Shown here piece by piece: positions 46,532 through 57,518 of a DNA stretch of 64,000 nt. The translations under genes were made by a program, and so were the position numbers. The DNA comes from Candidatus Omnitrophota bacterium (GTDB lineage Bacteria > Omnitrophota > Gorgyraeia > Gygaellales > Profunditerraquicolaceae), in assembly GCA_018825985.1 (NCBI GenBank), contig JAHKAP010000024.1, positions 3,095-67,094 on the forward strand, written 5' to 3'. A model generated the notes under the pieces. The model worked only from the letters and a program-made list of their open reading frames with translations, had not been told where the DNA came from and did not search any database. Every line of letters starts with the position of its first letter. Within the stretch, counting starts at the first letter, position 1.

Positions 46532-47931
46532 CGTCTCCAGACTGTGCCATCCTTAGTGTCTTCTAAAATAATGCCCTTAGCTTCGAGGTCTTTACGGATC
46601 TTATCAGCCTCGGCAAAATTGCGTTCTTTCTTAGCTGTATTACGTTTATCAATCAAGGCTTTTTCTTCTGCCGATAAAGATTTATCCTCGCTGGTTTTCT
46701 TCCATTCTAAACCCAATATCCCGCTTAATTCAAATAGCAAATCTTTACCCTGACAGACAAAATCATAATCCTCAATATTCTTATTTAAGGTATTTACCAA
46801 TTCAAATATACAAGCTAAAGCCTGGGGCATATTAAAATCATCATCCATTGCTTCAATGAATTTATTTTCTAAACCACTTAATTCTCTGTTTAAACCCCAG
46901 GCTTTGCACCCTACGCCACATTTATCTATCTTGCCTAATAAAATCGATATTCTTTCCACCGCCTGCTCAGCTTCTTTTATCTTTTCTTCAGTATAATCAA
47001 CCGGATGGGAATAGTGGGTTGATAAGAATAAAAGTTTTAATAAGTTGGTGTTTTTGTGTTTATCCAGAAAATCCTGGACGGTGATGAAATTCCCTAAGGA
47101 TTTGGCCATTTTCTGGCTGTTGATGGTCAATAAGCCATGATGGATCCAATAACGGGCAAATTTCTTGCCCAGACCTTCGGACTGGGCTATCTCATTCTCA
47201 TGGTGAGGGAATATCAGGTCTACGCCTCCGCCGTGGATATCAAATTCATCGCCTAAAATATCCAAACTCATAACCGAACATTCGATATGCCAACCAGGCC
47301 TACCCTTTCCAAATGGGCTATCCCAGGACGGCTCATTCTCTTTAGCGGATTTCCACAACGCAAAATCCAGGGGATTACGTTTATTTTCAGCCGCGGAAAC
47401 TCTGACCCCTGATTCCATTTTATCCGGCGCCTGGTTGGATAATTTACCATAATTTTTAGCCTTGGTAATATCAAAATAAACATCTCCTGCGCAGACATAA
47501 GCAACCTGTTTGTCAACAAGGCCCTGGATAAAAACAATCATTTTGGATATATAGTCGCTGGCCTTGGGCTCAAAAATCTTATCCTGAGCCCTACCTATCC
47601 CTAAACTCTCCAAAGCCCGATGATAAAAAATAAGGTACTTATCCGCTACTTTTTTAAAAGCTGTATTTAAATCTTCACCGGGAAATTCTTTTCTGGCTTT
47701 ATCAATAATCTTATCATCGACATCCGTGACGTTGCGGACAAATATTACTTTATATCCCCTAAAGGCAAGATACCTGCGGATAACATCAAAAATATAAGCG
47801 CTGCGGGCATGTCCGATATGCGGTTGGTCATAAACCGTCGGGCCGCAAACATACATCTTTACTTCCTGCGGCCTTAAAGACTTAAACTCTTCTTTTCTGC
47901 GGGTAAGCGAATTGTATATATGTATAGGCAT
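46513..47931 (-). CDS. cysS: cysteinyl-tRNA synthetase
   Basis: HIGH (PHIGHARS) and KMSKS motifs, Zn-binding Cys; C-terminal RRGLSP tail comes from a family A repeat. Confidence 0.9.
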   Translation of the reverse strand: MPIHIYNSLTRRKEEFKSLRPQEVKMYVCGPTVYDQPHIGHARSAYIFDVIRRYLAFRGYKVIFVRNVTDVDDKIIDKARKEFPGEDLNTAFKKVADKYLIFYHRALESLGIGRAQDKIFEPKASDYISKMIVFIQGLVDKQVAYVCAGDVYFDITKAKNYGKLSNQAPDKMESGVRVSAAENKRNPLDFALWKSAKENEPSWDSPFGKGRPGWHIECSVMSLDILGDEFDIHGGGVDLIFPHHENEIAQSEGLGKKFARYWIHHGLLTINSQKMAKSLGNFITVQDFLDKHKNTNLLKLLFLSTHYSHPVDYTEEKIKEAEQAVERISILLGKIDKCGVGCKAWGLNRELSGLENKFIEAMDDDFNMPQALACIFELVNTLNKNIEDYDFVCQGKDLLFELSGILGLEWKKTSEDKSLSAEEKALIDKRNTAKKERNFAEADKIRKDLEAKGIILEDTKDGTVWRRRGLSP

Positions 47932-47939
47932 TTGATGCG

Positions 47940-48623
47940 TTATTTTTTCTCAAGGGATTCGATTCTTTTTTGGAGTTCTTCGATATCCTCGCGCAAAGGA
48001 TCGAGCACGTTGATATGGTCTAAACTGATATCGATCTTCTTACCGTCCTGCTTGGTAATCCTTCCCGGGATACCAACTACCGTGGAGTTCGCCGGCACAT
48101 CTTTAATAACTACCGCATTAGCTCCGATATAAGAATTATCACCTACGGTAATATTGCCTAAAACCTTGGCTCCGGCACCGACAACTACATTATTACCGAT
48201 AGTAGGATGGCGTTTTCCTTTTTCTATACCTGTTCCGCCTAATGTTACTCCCTGGTATAAAAGCACATCGTCACCGATAATAGCGGTCTCTCCGATGACC
48301 ACTCCCATCCCATGGTCAATAAAAAACCTTTTTCCGATTGAAGCTCCGGGATGAATCTCTATTCCCGTCAGCCACCGGGATACCTGACTAATCAAACGGG
48401 CAACAAGAAAAAACTTATTAGCATAGAAATAATTAGCGATCCGGTAATGAATCAAGGCGTGCAGACCCTGATAGAGCAGAATAATCTCCCAGGAGCTCTT
48501 GGCTGCCGGATCCCTGCCTTTGGCTGCTTTTACTTCTTCATTAAAGAATAAATAAACAAACATCACTTTGAGAAAGAATAAAACAAGGAGAATAAATATT
48601 ATTTGCAAGATTATCCCGGTCAT
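47940..48623 (-). CDS. cysE: serine O-acetyltransferase
   Basis: Hexapeptide-repeat left-handed beta-helix; unusual hydrophobic N-terminal ~27 aa, so the true start may be further downstream. Confidence 0.75.
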   Translation of the reverse strand: MTGIILQIIFILLVLFFLKVMFVYLFFNEEVKAAKGRDPAAKSSWEIILLYQGLHALIHYRIANYFYANKFFLVARLISQVSRWLTGIEIHPGASIGKRFFIDHGMGVVIGETAIIGDDVLLYQGVTLGGTGIEKGKRHPTIGNNVVVGAGAKVLGNITVGDNSYIGANAVVIKDVPANSTVVGIPGRITKQDGKKIDISLDHINVLDPLREDIEELQKRIESLEKK

Positions 48624-49105
48624 TTTTTAATTCCTCCATTTACCAAAACTATCGCATAGGCAGCTATAGCTTTTTTACCGCCGATATCACCTAATCCTTC
48701 ATTGGTTTTGGCTTTTACGCTGATCATTTGCGGGTTAACCCCTAAAGCCCGGGCAATTATCTTTTGCATCATCTTCCTATAAGGAATTATCTTCGGCTCT
48801 TCGGCAATAATTATGGTATCGATATTATTGATCGAAAATTTATTCTTTTTAATTAAGGCATTTACTTTTTTTAATAAGTCCAGGCTTGAGGCATTACGGT
48901 ATTGGGGATCAGTGTCCGGGAAATGAGCTCCGATATCTCCCAATGAAACCGCGCCTAATAAAGCATCGCTTATGGCATGTAAAAGGACGTCCGCGTCAGA
49001 ATGTCCCATAAGCCCCTTAGAATGAGGAATCTCAAGGCCACCTAAAATTAATTTTCTACCCTTGACTAAACGATGGATATCGTATCCTAAACCAATTCTT
49101 ATCAT
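48620..49105 (-). CDS. ispF: 2-C-methyl-D-erythritol 2,4-cyclodiphosphate synthase
   Basis: [10 protein letters not shown]...[11 protein letters not shown]. Confidence 0.9.
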   Translation of the reverse strand: MIRIGLGYDIHRLVKGRKLILGGLEIPHSKGLMGHSDADVLLHAISDALLGAVSLGDIGAHFPDTDPQYRNASSLDLLKKVNALIKKNKFSINNIDTIIIAEEPKIIPYRKMMQKIIARALGVNPQMISVKAKTNEGLGDIGGKKAIAAYAIVLVNGGIKK

Positions 49106-49116
49106 AATAATTAACT

Positions 49117-49193
49117 AGGTATAGGAAAAGGTATAGGTATAGAAAAGATTAACCAACCGGTTATTTACCTTTACCTCTACCTTTACCTTTACA
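49117..49193. repeat. family C GGTAWAGG / CCTTTACC hairpin element; its C-rich arm encodes the KGKGRGKGK tail of IspD
   Basis: G-rich arm ggtataggaaaaggtataggtatag; C-rich arm cctttacctctacctttacctttac; central aaccggtt palindrome. Confidence 0.6.
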
Positions 49194-49898
49194 TTTACTT
49201 AGTATTGCTTCTGCGATTACTAAATCTTCCGGGGTAGTTATCTTAATATTAAAATATGATCCTTTGACTATCCTTACCGGATGTTCAAGTCTTTCCACCA
49301 GCATCGCGTCATCAGTAACATCCTGGCAGTTAAAATTTTCATAAGCCCTTAAAATTAAATCCTTTTTAAATACCTGGGGTGTCTGGATCTCCCACAGGCC
49401 ACTCCGGTCTATAGTCTCAACTACGACTACCGAACCTGGTGTATTTGTGTCCTGGTGTCTTTGTATCCTGGCGCCCTTTTTAATAGTCGATTTCAGCGGC
49501 ACTCCAGCAATCGCAGCGCCATATTTATTAGCCGCTCTTACAACCGAATCCACTATCCTTTTATCAATAAACGGCCGCCCACAATCATGGATCAAAACCA
49601 GGTCCGTTTTGTCGTCTAATGCCTTAAGCCCCTTATAAACCGAATCCTGCCTGCGGGCCCCGCCTTCAACCATCCGGCTAATTTTAGGAATACGGTATTT
49701 ATTTACTGCCCCCGCTATCTTCCCGCGGTTTAAAGAATTCACCACCAGAATGATCTCTTTAATCAAGGGATGCCGGCTTAGAATATCCAGCGAATAGATT
49801 ATGACCGGACGGGAATTGAGCCGAACCACCGGCTTAGGTAGTCTGGACCTGAATCTCTCACCCTTGCCCGCGGCCAGAACTATAGCTGATAAATACAT
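49161..49898 (-). CDS. ispD: 2-C-methyl-D-erythritol 4-phosphate cytidylyltransferase
   Basis: AIVLAAGKGERF; 245 aa including a repeat-derived Lys/Gly tail. Confidence 0.85.
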   Translation of the reverse strand: MYLSAIVLAAGKGERFRSRLPKPVVRLNSRPVIIYSLDILSRHPLIKEIILVVNSLNRGKIAGAVNKYRIPKISRMVEGGARRQDSVYKGLKALDDKTDLVLIHDCGRPFIDKRIVDSVVRAANKYGAAIAGVPLKSTIKKGARIQRHQDTNTPGSVVVVETIDRSGLWEIQTPQVFKKDLILRAYENFNCQDVTDDAMLVERLEHPVRIVKGSYFNIKITTPEDLVIAEAILSKCKGKGRGKGK

Positions 49899-49908
49899 TA
49901 GATTTCTA

Positions 49909-50889
49909 TTACCTAGAGAATTTTGTAAATACCATCCTGCCAGCAGGGGTCTGCAGTACCGAAGTAACTGCCACCCTTACTTCCTGGCCGATAAGTTTAC
50001 GGCCCTCTTCCACCACCACCATTGTCCCGTCATCCAGATAACCGATAGCCTGATTAAATTCTTTTCCTTCTTTGATCAATCTGATCTGGATCTGTTCTCC
50101 GGGAAATACCACTGATTTCAAGGCATTGGATAATTCATTAATATTCAGCACCTTTACTCCCTGAATACTGGCTACCCGGTTAAGATTAAAATCTACTGTC
50201 AGTATCTTAGCTTCCAGTAGTTTAGCCAGCCTTACTAATTTTGCGTCAACTTCCCGAACCTCCGGAAAATCATCCTCATTAACGCTAACAATAAGCTTTT
50301 CTTCCTTTTGAATAGTATTGAGGATCTCCAGTCCGCGCCTGCCCCGCTGGCGCTTTATCGGATCAGTAGAATCAGCGATCTGCTGGAGCTCCTTTAAAAC
50401 AAACCTAGGGATAATGATCCTTGCTTCCAAAAATCCTGTTTTTAGAATATCGGTGATCCTGCCGTCAACAATCACACTAGTATCCAAAATCACCTTTTCC
50501 TCTGCCTGATCCTGCCGGCGCAACCTTATATAAGGAATAACCAAGCTGAATTCGTCCTGCCCCCGCAAGGCAATAATCATACATAGATAACACAAAACAA
50601 CAGTCAGGGCTACTTTCAAAAAAGATAACATAATATTGGGCATGGGAGTCAAGGATATTGCATCTCCGATAAGTTTAGACATGATCAACCCCAGGATCAG
50701 CCCGAAGACACCACTTGAGAGCCCGCGGGTAGAAACCCGACGCATACCCATCTCAAGAATAATTATCAGTAGACTCGCGGCAATGCCTAATAGCGCGCCC
50801 AAAAGCGCGTTACCCATAGGCTCCATTGCAACATAACCCACGAACAGACTAAAAAAAACAAAAATAATTCTTACAGATAAAACATTCAT
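49909..50889 (-). CDS. yacL: YacL-like membrane protein with PIN and TRAM domains
   Basis: Four N-terminal TM helices, PIN-domain acidic residues, C-terminal TRAM beta-barrel; conserved position next to ispD. Confidence 0.7.
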   Translation of the reverse strand: MNVLSVRIIFVFFSLFVGYVAMEPMGNALLGALLGIAASLLIIILEMGMRRVSTRGLSSGVFGLILGLIMSKLIGDAISLTPMPNIMLSFLKVALTVVLCYLCMIIALRGQDEFSLVIPYIRLRRQDQAEEKVILDTSVIVDGRITDILKTGFLEARIIIPRFVLKELQQIADSTDPIKRQRGRRGLEILNTIQKEEKLIVSVNEDDFPEVREVDAKLVRLAKLLEAKILTVDFNLNRVASIQGVKVLNINELSNALKSVVFPGEQIQIRLIKEGKEFNQAIGYLDDGTMVVVEEGRKLIGQEVRVAVTSVLQTPAGRMVFTKFSR

Positions 50890-50973
50890 ATAATATTACC
50901 TCCTCCTGCAGAAAACACGACCCCCGACCATCCGATAGGCCGGAGTGTTATAATTAATAAGCGAGCCCATCCT

Positions 50974-52359
50974 CTACGTCCGGGCGCCCAATGCTATATC
51001 AAGAGCCTCTTTTAAAGTTGAAACTGGAACTGCTTCAATCGCGTCTTTTTTATATTCCAGATTCTTAAAATTACTCTTTGGAATGATACAATGCTTAAAG
51101 CCTAACTTTAACGCCTCATTGATCCTTAATGAAACCTGGGAAGCGCTCCTTACTTCTCCGGCTAAACCCACTTCTCCTAACACAATCGTATCGCTTGGAA
51201 TATTCTTCTCACTAAATGCTGACGCAACAGCCAGAGCCACTGCCAGGTCAGCTGCCGGGTCTTCGATCTTTATCCCTCCGGCAACATTAACAAAAATATC
51301 CTGAGATTCTAATCCAAAACCCATCCTTTTTTCCAAAACTGCGGCTAACAAGCCTAAGCGATTATAATCAAACCCCTGGGCCCGGCGCAAAGGATAGCCA
51401 AAATTGGTTTTACTTACCAGAGACTGGATCTCGACTAATAAAGGACGGCTCCCTTCCAGGACCGGAACCACAACCGTTCCGGAGGCCTCTTTTGCCCTTT
51501 CAGAAAGAAAGATCTCTGAAGGATTCTCTACTTCTTTTAACCCGGCAGAGCCCATTTCAAATACTCCGATCTCATTAGTTGAGCCAAACCTGTTCTTTAC
51601 CGCCCTTAGGATCCTATAGACCGCGAATCTGTCTCCCTCAAAATAAAGCACCGTATCAACTATATGTTCCAGTACTCTTGGGCCGGCAATCGTCCCTTCT
51701 TTAGTAACATGCCCGATTATAAAAATAGAAATCCCGGTGGTCTTGGCGATCTGGGTCAAAAGACTAGCGCATTCCCTGACTTGACTGACACTGCCGGCTG
51801 CCGAACTTATCCGGGGGTCAAAAACCACCTGTATAGAATCTATTATTACCAAATCCGGTTTTAGTTTCTGTATATACTCGATAATTAGAGAGAGATCGGT
51901 CTGATTAACAATATATAAAGCTTCTTCTTTAGGCCCGAGCCCTAAGCGTTTAGCCCTGAGCTTGGTCTGGGCTACTGATTCCTCACCGCTTATATAAAGA
52001 ACTTTTTTACCTTGCTGGGCGATATGATTAGAGATCTGCAATGAAATAGTGGATTTGCCTATCCCAGGGTCTCCGCCGATCAAAACCACAGAACCTAAAA
52101 CAATTCCCCCGCCTAATACCCGGTCCAATTCCTTGATCTCTGTCTTGATCCGGTTGGTATCCTTGATCACAACGTCTTTAAGCAGGACCGGTTCCTCTTT
52201 ATAAAGGCTGGATTTTTCTTTGGACTTCAGCGGGATGTCCGAAAAATCTTCCTCCACAAAAGTATTCCAGTTGCCGCAATCCGGGCATTTACCCAGCCAT
52301 TTTGGCGACTGATAACCACAACTCTGGCAGCTGAATATAGTCCTGATCCTGGTAACCAT
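50974..52359 (-). CDS. radA: DNA repair protein RadA/Sms
   Basis: N-terminal zinc finger CQSCGY...CPDCGNW; RecA-like Walker A GDPGIGKST; Lon-like C-terminal domain. Confidence 0.9.
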   Translation of the reverse strand: MVTRIRTIFSCQSCGYQSPKWLGKCPDCGNWNTFVEEDFSDIPLKSKEKSSLYKEEPVLLKDVVIKDTNRIKTEIKELDRVLGGGIVLGSVVLIGGDPGIGKSTISLQISNHIAQQGKKVLYISGEESVAQTKLRAKRLGLGPKEEALYIVNQTDLSLIIEYIQKLKPDLVIIDSIQVVFDPRISSAAGSVSQVRECASLLTQIAKTTGISIFIIGHVTKEGTIAGPRVLEHIVDTVLYFEGDRFAVYRILRAVKNRFGSTNEIGVFEMGSAGLKEVENPSEIFLSERAKEASGTVVVPVLEGSRPLLVEIQSLVSKTNFGYPLRRAQGFDYNRLGLLAAVLEKRMGFGLESQDIFVNVAGGIKIEDPAADLAVALAVASAFSEKNIPSDTIVLGEVGLAGEVRSASQVSLRINEALKLGFKHCIIPKSNFKNLEYKKDAIEAVPVSTLKEALDIALGART

Positions 52360-53024
52360 TATTTTTTTTGAGGTTTATCCTTGGTCTTCCAAAAGAGTTT
52401 CCAGGGATGAGCCTTGATATCGCTAACCAGGGATTCCAAGTCAGCATAAATCTTATCGCCGTAAATAAGTTTGCCTAAAGAACCCTCCTGGCGCTTTATC
52501 CTCTCTATCCCATCATCGATATTTTTGCTCAAATCCTTTACACCGACCAGGACACCATCTAATTTGACCGCGATCGACTTTGCTAATTCTCCCATCTCTT
52601 GAGTAGCCATCGGGTCATTCCCGGATAATTCTCCATTATAGGGAATAAAATTAACCGCATCCTTGCCCGGCATGATCTCAATATACTTCTCACCTAAAAG
52701 ACCCAGGGTGTTTACCCAGACTGATGAATCAACCGGTATTTTGATATCCTGCTTGATCCAACCTACCAACCTGACTTTGGGGTTATTTCCATTACTGGAA
52801 GGCATTATGCCGACTTCGCGGATATCTCCGATATCCACGCCGGCAAACCTTACCGGAGCCCCAACCCTGACCCCATTGACAAAACTAAAGGTGAAATTTA
52901 TCTTATAGGTTGAAAAAATATTTTTAAAATCGCCGATCAGCAAAACAAACACAACCAGAATCAATATTCCTATAAAAACAAAAATACCCACTTTTAACTC
53001 TAATTTGCTCTTGCCGAATGTCAT
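52359..53024 (-). CDS. mlaD: MlaD/MCE family lipid-transport protein
   Basis: N-terminal TM anchor plus MCE domain. Confidence 0.7.
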   Translation of the reverse strand: MTFGKSKLELKVGIFVFIGILILVVFVLLIGDFKNIFSTYKINFTFSFVNGVRVGAPVRFAGVDIGDIREVGIMPSSNGNNPKVRLVGWIKQDIKIPVDSSVWVNTLGLLGEKYIEIMPGKDAVNFIPYNGELSGNDPMATQEMGELAKSIAVKLDGVLVGVKDLSKNIDDGIERIKRQEGSLGKLIYGDKIYADLESLVSDIKAHPWKLFWKTKDKPQKK

Positions 53025-53201
53025 TATTTACCTCCATTATTAGCAAGGATTCATTATTTTTATCAACTCTGGAAATCTCTCATAGAAATACCTGATTACA
53101 CAGATTTATTAAACGGATTTCACGGATTATTCTAAGAAGTTTTTAATCTGCGTAATCTGCTTCTTAATCGGCGAAATCATAAATTTGTTTTTTTAAACCG
53201 C

Positions 53202-53954
53202 TCAATCTTCAGTAATCGGGCCCTTGGCTAAACCATTAATAAACTGATGCACAAAGGGATCCCGGGAATTCTGAATCTCTTCCGGACTACCTTCAACAAT
53301 GATCTTTCCTTTATACAACATCGCTATCCGGTCGCCGATCTTATAGGCGCTCTTCATATCATGGGTGACCACGATAGAAGTTACTTTCAATTTATCCTGA
53401 AGGCTCTTGATCAACTCATTGATACTATCCGCGGTGATCGGGTCAACTCCGGTAGTTGGTTCATCATAAAGAATAATCTCCGGGTGCATACAAATCGCCC
53501 TGGCTAGGGCAACGCGTTTACGCATCCCACCGCTGAGCTCAGAAGGCATAAGATGGGAGATGCCGAAGAGGTCCACTAACGATAACGCTTCTTTGATCTT
53601 TTTATCTAATCCAACGCCTTCGGCCAGGTTATGCTCAATCAACTCAAAACCAACATTTTCGCCTACGCTCAGAGAATCAAACAAGGCCCCGCCTTGAAAA
53701 ACCATATTCATCTTAAATATGATCTTATTAAAGTCTGCCCTGGACGTCTGCCAGATATCCTGGCCGTTGACCAGGACACTGCCGCTATCCGGATTCAATA
53801 TCCCGATAATATGTTTTAGTAAAACACTCTTACCGCAACCGGAACGGCCGATAACCACCAGGGTTGAGCCTTTTTCTATAATAAGGTTTAAATTGTTCAG
53901 GACCTGGTGGTCATTAAACGATTTATTCAGGTTTTTTAATTCTATGATCGCCAT
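53202..53954 (-). CDS. mlaF: ABC transporter ATP-binding protein MlaF-like
   Basis: Walker A GRSGCGKS, signature LSGGMRKR, Walker B ILYDEPT. Confidence 0.8.
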   Translation of the reverse strand: MAIIELKNLNKSFNDHQVLNNLNLIIEKGSTLVVIGRSGCGKSVLLKHIIGILNPDSGSVLVNGQDIWQTSRADFNKIIFKMNMVFQGGALFDSLSVGENVGFELIEHNLAEGVGLDKKIKEALSLVDLFGISHLMPSELSGGMRKRVALARAICMHPEIILYDEPTTGVDPITADSINELIKSLQDKLKVTSIVVTHDMKSAYKIGDRIAMLYKGKIIVEGSPEEIQNSRDPFVHQFINGLAKGPITED

Positions 53955-54089
53955 ATATTACTTTCAAAATACTAATGATATGATTCCAGAGATTCAAAAT
54001 CAGATTACTGAGATTATCTCTTTAGAGAATCGCTGGAATCTTTTTTATAATCGCTGTAATCAATATAATCGTATCTAAACTAAACTGCA

Positions 54090-54878
54090 TTATGGAAAGA
54101 TGAAATAAAATAAAGCTGTAAAGAAACAATCAAAGGCAATGATCAAGATAAAAGAAACTACTACTGACTTGGTGGTTGCCTTGCCAACGCCCTCTGCTCC
54201 GCCTTCTACGTTAAACCCCTGGTAACAGCTTACTAGAGCGATAAGCATACCGAAAACAATTGTTTTAGACAAACCCGTGATGAGGTCCTTGAATCTCAGG
54301 GCTTCGGTAGCGATATTCCAGTACATACTAGAGGTTATCCCTAATTTAAATACGCAGATCAACCAGCCTCCCAATATTCCGACAATATCGGCATACAAGG
54401 TTAAAATTGGAAGCATCAGGCCTAAAGCGATAAAGCGCGGTACTACCAGGTATTTTATCGGGTTGGTAGCCAGAGTAGAGAGGGCATCCACCTGTTCAGT
54501 AACCTGCATTGAGCCTATTTCAGCGGTAATCGCTGCCCCTACTCTTCCGGCAACTACCAGAGCGGTTATAACCGGGCCTAATTCCCTGACTATTGATAAA
54601 GCCACAATACTGGCTATATACATCTCAGACCCCAGGCGGGTCATTAGATAAGATATTTGAAAAGCAAAAATAACCCCGATAAAGAATGAGATCAACGAAA
54701 CTATCGGCAGGCTGTCGACGCCGGCTTTTTTAGCTTGTTCAAATATACGCCTGCGTTTTAACGGCGGCTTCAGAGCCTGATAAAAAGTCTGGAAAGTTAG
54801 GTAAGTCAGGCCTCCTAAAAAATAAATAAAAGAGATAAACTTAGCCCCTAAAATATGAAAGGTATATTTTAATTTCAT
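54090..54878 (-). CDS. mlaE: ABC transporter permease MlaE-like
   Basis: MlaE-family TM topology and conserved blocks. Confidence 0.75.
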   Translation of the reverse strand: MKLKYTFHILGAKFISFIYFLGGLTYLTFQTFYQALKPPLKRRRIFEQAKKAGVDSLPIVSLISFFIGVIFAFQISYLMTRLGSEMYIASIVALSIVRELGPVITALVVAGRVGAAITAEIGSMQVTEQVDALSTLATNPIKYLVVPRFIALGLMLPILTLYADIVGILGGWLICVFKLGITSSMYWNIATEALRFKDLITGLSKTIVFGMLIALVSCYQGFNVEGGAEGVGKATTKSVVVSFILIIAFDCFFTALFYFIFP

Positions 54879-54892
54879 CAGCTTACCCTGTT

Positions 54893-57316
54893 TTAGAGAA
54901 GACCTTCTTCAAAAACCAGTTCGGTATTACGCCTGGCTACTTTGATTATTGAACCTTCTTTAAATTTCTTGGAGATAATATCCGAGGATAAAGGATCTTC
55001 CAGAAATCTCTGGATGGTCCTTTTCAAAGGCCTGGCCCCGAATACCTGGTCAAAACCTTTTTCGATCAGAAAATCCTTAGCCTCCGGGCTGACCTCTAAA
55101 GAAAGTTTATGCTCTTTCAACCTCCCCACCAAAAACCCTATCTCAATATCAATGATCTTCTGCAGGTCTTCTTTAACCAAGGGCCTGAAGACAATGATAT
55201 CGTCGATACGGTTTAAAAACTCCGGTTTAAAAGTATGCTTTACTTCTTCCAGGAGTTTATCCTTCATTCCCTGATAGGTAACTTCATCTTTTTGGCTCTT
55301 AAAGCCGATCGATCCGGATTTACGGATCAACTCCGCTCCCACATTAGAGGTCATGATCATAATACAATTCTTAAAATCGACTTTACGGGCAAAACTATCG
55401 GTGAGCCGGCCTTCTTCAAAAACCTGAAGCAACAGGTTAAATACATCCGGATGGGCTTTTTCAATCTCATCCAAAAGTATTACTGAATACGGCCTGCGTC
55501 TTACTCTTTCGGTAAGCTGGCCGCCTTCTTCATAACCGACGTATCCCGGAGGAGCGCCGATCAACCGCGAGACATTGAATTTTTCCATATACTCGGACAT
55601 GTCCAATTGGATAAGTGAATCTTCATCGCCGAACATAAATTCCGCTAATGCCCGGGCTAAAAGAGTTTTACCTACGCCAGTCGGGCCCAGAAAAATAAAT
55701 GAACCGATCGGCCTTTTAGGGTCCTTGATACCGGCCCGAGACCTGCGCACCGCGTGGGCAATGGCGGATATCGCCTCTTCCTGCCCAACTACCCTGCGAT
55801 GCAATTCTTCTTCGATCTTTAATAATTTTTCGCCTTCTTTTTCTTCCAGCCTAAAAATAGGGATCCCGGTCCATTGCGCGACTATTTTAGCAATCTCCTC
55901 TTCGCCGACTTCCGGACGCATCTTATCCTTAGCCTGAGACCACTCCCGGTTAAAAGACTCCAATTCCTGGCGCACCTGCCTCTCCTGGTCCCTTAGGCCG
56001 GCTGCTTTCTCAAAATCCTGGGATTTAATATAAGTTTCTTTTTCTTTACGGATCGTCTCAACTTTTTCTTCCAGCTTTTTGATATCCGGAGGCACCACCA
56101 ATACATTCAACCTGGCTCTGGATCCGGCTTCATCCATCAGGTCAATGGCCTTATCCGGCATAAACCTTCCGGAGATATAGCGGTCAGACAATTTAGCCGC
56201 GGCCTCTAATCCCTGGTCGGTAAACACCACCCGGTGATGGGCCTCATACTTATCCCTTAATCCTTTGAGTATTTCAATGGTCTGATCTACAGACGGAGGC
56301 TCGACCATGATGATCTGAAATCTTCTTTCTAAAGCCGCGTCTTTTTCAATGTATTTACGGTATTCATCCAGGGTGGTGGCACCGATGCATTGCATCTCTC
56401 CCCGGGATAGCGCGGGCTTTAAAATATTTGAGGCATCAATCGCCCCTTCTGCGGCTCCGGCGCCAACCAAGGTATGGAGTTCATCGATAAAAATAATTAC
56501 GTCCTGCGAACGCTTGATCTCCTCCATTACCGCCTTGATTCTTTCTTCAAACTGGCCGCGGTATTTTGTCCCGGCAACCATTAAAGCCAGGTCCAAAACC
56601 ACTAAACGCTTATGCCTTAATATTTCCGGAACATTGCCCTGTATAATGTCCTGAGCCAGGCCTTCGACTATAGCTGTCTTTCCTACGCCAGCCTCGCCTA
56701 ATAGTACCGGATTATTTTTAGTCCTACGGCTTAAAATCTGGATAACTCTTTCGATCTCATTGCGCCGGTTGATTACCGGATCAAGTTTGTCATCTTTAGC
56801 CAAAGCAGTGAGGTCCCGGCCAAAAGCATCCAATGCCGGAGTCTTAGTTTTAGCCTGGTTCTGATTAACCCCGGGCAATACCGAACCCAAAACCTCCATT
56901 ACTTTATTCCTGACCGTATTTAGATCCACCCCTAAATTCAACATTACCTGCGAAGCTACGCCTTCTTCTTCTCTGATCAAACCTAATAGTAAATGCTCAG
57001 TGCCGATGTAATTATGTCCAAGTGCCCTGGCCTCTTCAGCTGCCAATTCCAGGGCTTTTTTGGCCCTGGGAGTAAAAGGAATATCCCCGATGATTTGAGT
57101 AGTCGGACCTGGCTGGACTAATTTTTCAACTTCCAGGCGGATATTCTCCAAAGATATCCCTAACTTTTCCAACACCGTAGCAGCTACCCCTTCCCCTTCC
57201 CTGATCAGGCCTAAAAGAATATGCTCGGTGCCTATGTAATCATGATTAAAGCGCCTGGCTTCTTCTTTAGCTAATATAATTACTTTTCTCGCTCTTTCAG
57301 TGAAACGATTGAACAT
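54893..57316 (-). CDS. clpC: ATP-dependent Clp protease ATP-binding subunit ClpC
   Basis: Two Clp_N repeats, UVR motif, two AAA+ modules (GEAGVGKT and GPTGVGKT). Confidence 0.9.
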   Translation of the reverse strand: MFNRFTERARKVIILAKEEARRFNHDYIGTEHILLGLIREGEGVAATVLEKLGISLENIRLEVEKLVQPGPTTQIIGDIPFTPRAKKALELAAEEARALGHNYIGTEHLLLGLIREEEGVASQVMLNLGVDLNTVRNKVMEVLGSVLPGVNQNQAKTKTPALDAFGRDLTALAKDDKLDPVINRRNEIERVIQILSRRTKNNPVLLGEAGVGKTAIVEGLAQDIIQGNVPEILRHKRLVVLDLALMVAGTKYRGQFEERIKAVMEEIKRSQDVIIFIDELHTLVGAGAAEGAIDASNILKPALSRGEMQCIGATTLDEYRKYIEKDAALERRFQIIMVEPPSVDQTIEILKGLRDKYEAHHRVVFTDQGLEAAAKLSDRYISGRFMPDKAIDLMDEAGSRARLNVLVVPPDIKKLEEKVETIRKEKETYIKSQDFEKAAGLRDQERQVRQELESFNREWSQAKDKMRPEVGEEEIAKIVAQWTGIPIFRLEEKEGEKLLKIEEELHRRVVGQEEAISAIAHAVRRSRAGIKDPKRPIGSFIFLGPTGVGKTLLARALAEFMFGDEDSLIQLDMSEYMEKFNVSRLIGAPPGYVGYEEGGQLTERVRRRPYSVILLDEIEKAHPDVFNLLLQVFEEGRLTDSFARKVDFKNCIMIMTSNVGAELIRKSGSIGFKSQKDEVTYQGMKDKLLEEVKHTFKPEFLNRIDDIIVFRPLVKEDLQKIIDIEIGFLVGRLKEHKLSLEVSPEAKDFLIEKGFDQVFGARPLKRTIQRFLEDPLSSDIISKKFKEGSIIKVARRNTELVFEEGLL

Positions 57317-57401
57317 TACTTCCTCCCTTTAATGAGCAGAAGATTTATGGAGTATTCCTTACGACATAAATCGTAGGCCGCAAGGCCGTCTGCGAATTAA
57401 T

Positions 57402-57447
57402 CCCGCTCTTTTGGAATAACTTCCATATATCACGCCAAAAGGGCGGG
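57402..57447. repeat. family D inverted repeat (cccgctcttttgg ... ccaaaagggcggg) in the 200 bp mcsB-clpC spacer
   Basis: Arms 57402-57414 and 57435-57447; further hairpins in the same spacer: ggccgcaaggcc 57376-57387 and an imperfect IR 57456..57514. Confidence 0.55.
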
Positions 57448-57518
57448 ATAAGTTCGGACATATAAGTTATGTAGCCTATGCTGCCATTAATATACTGCTT
57501 CATAACTTATGTCCTCAC

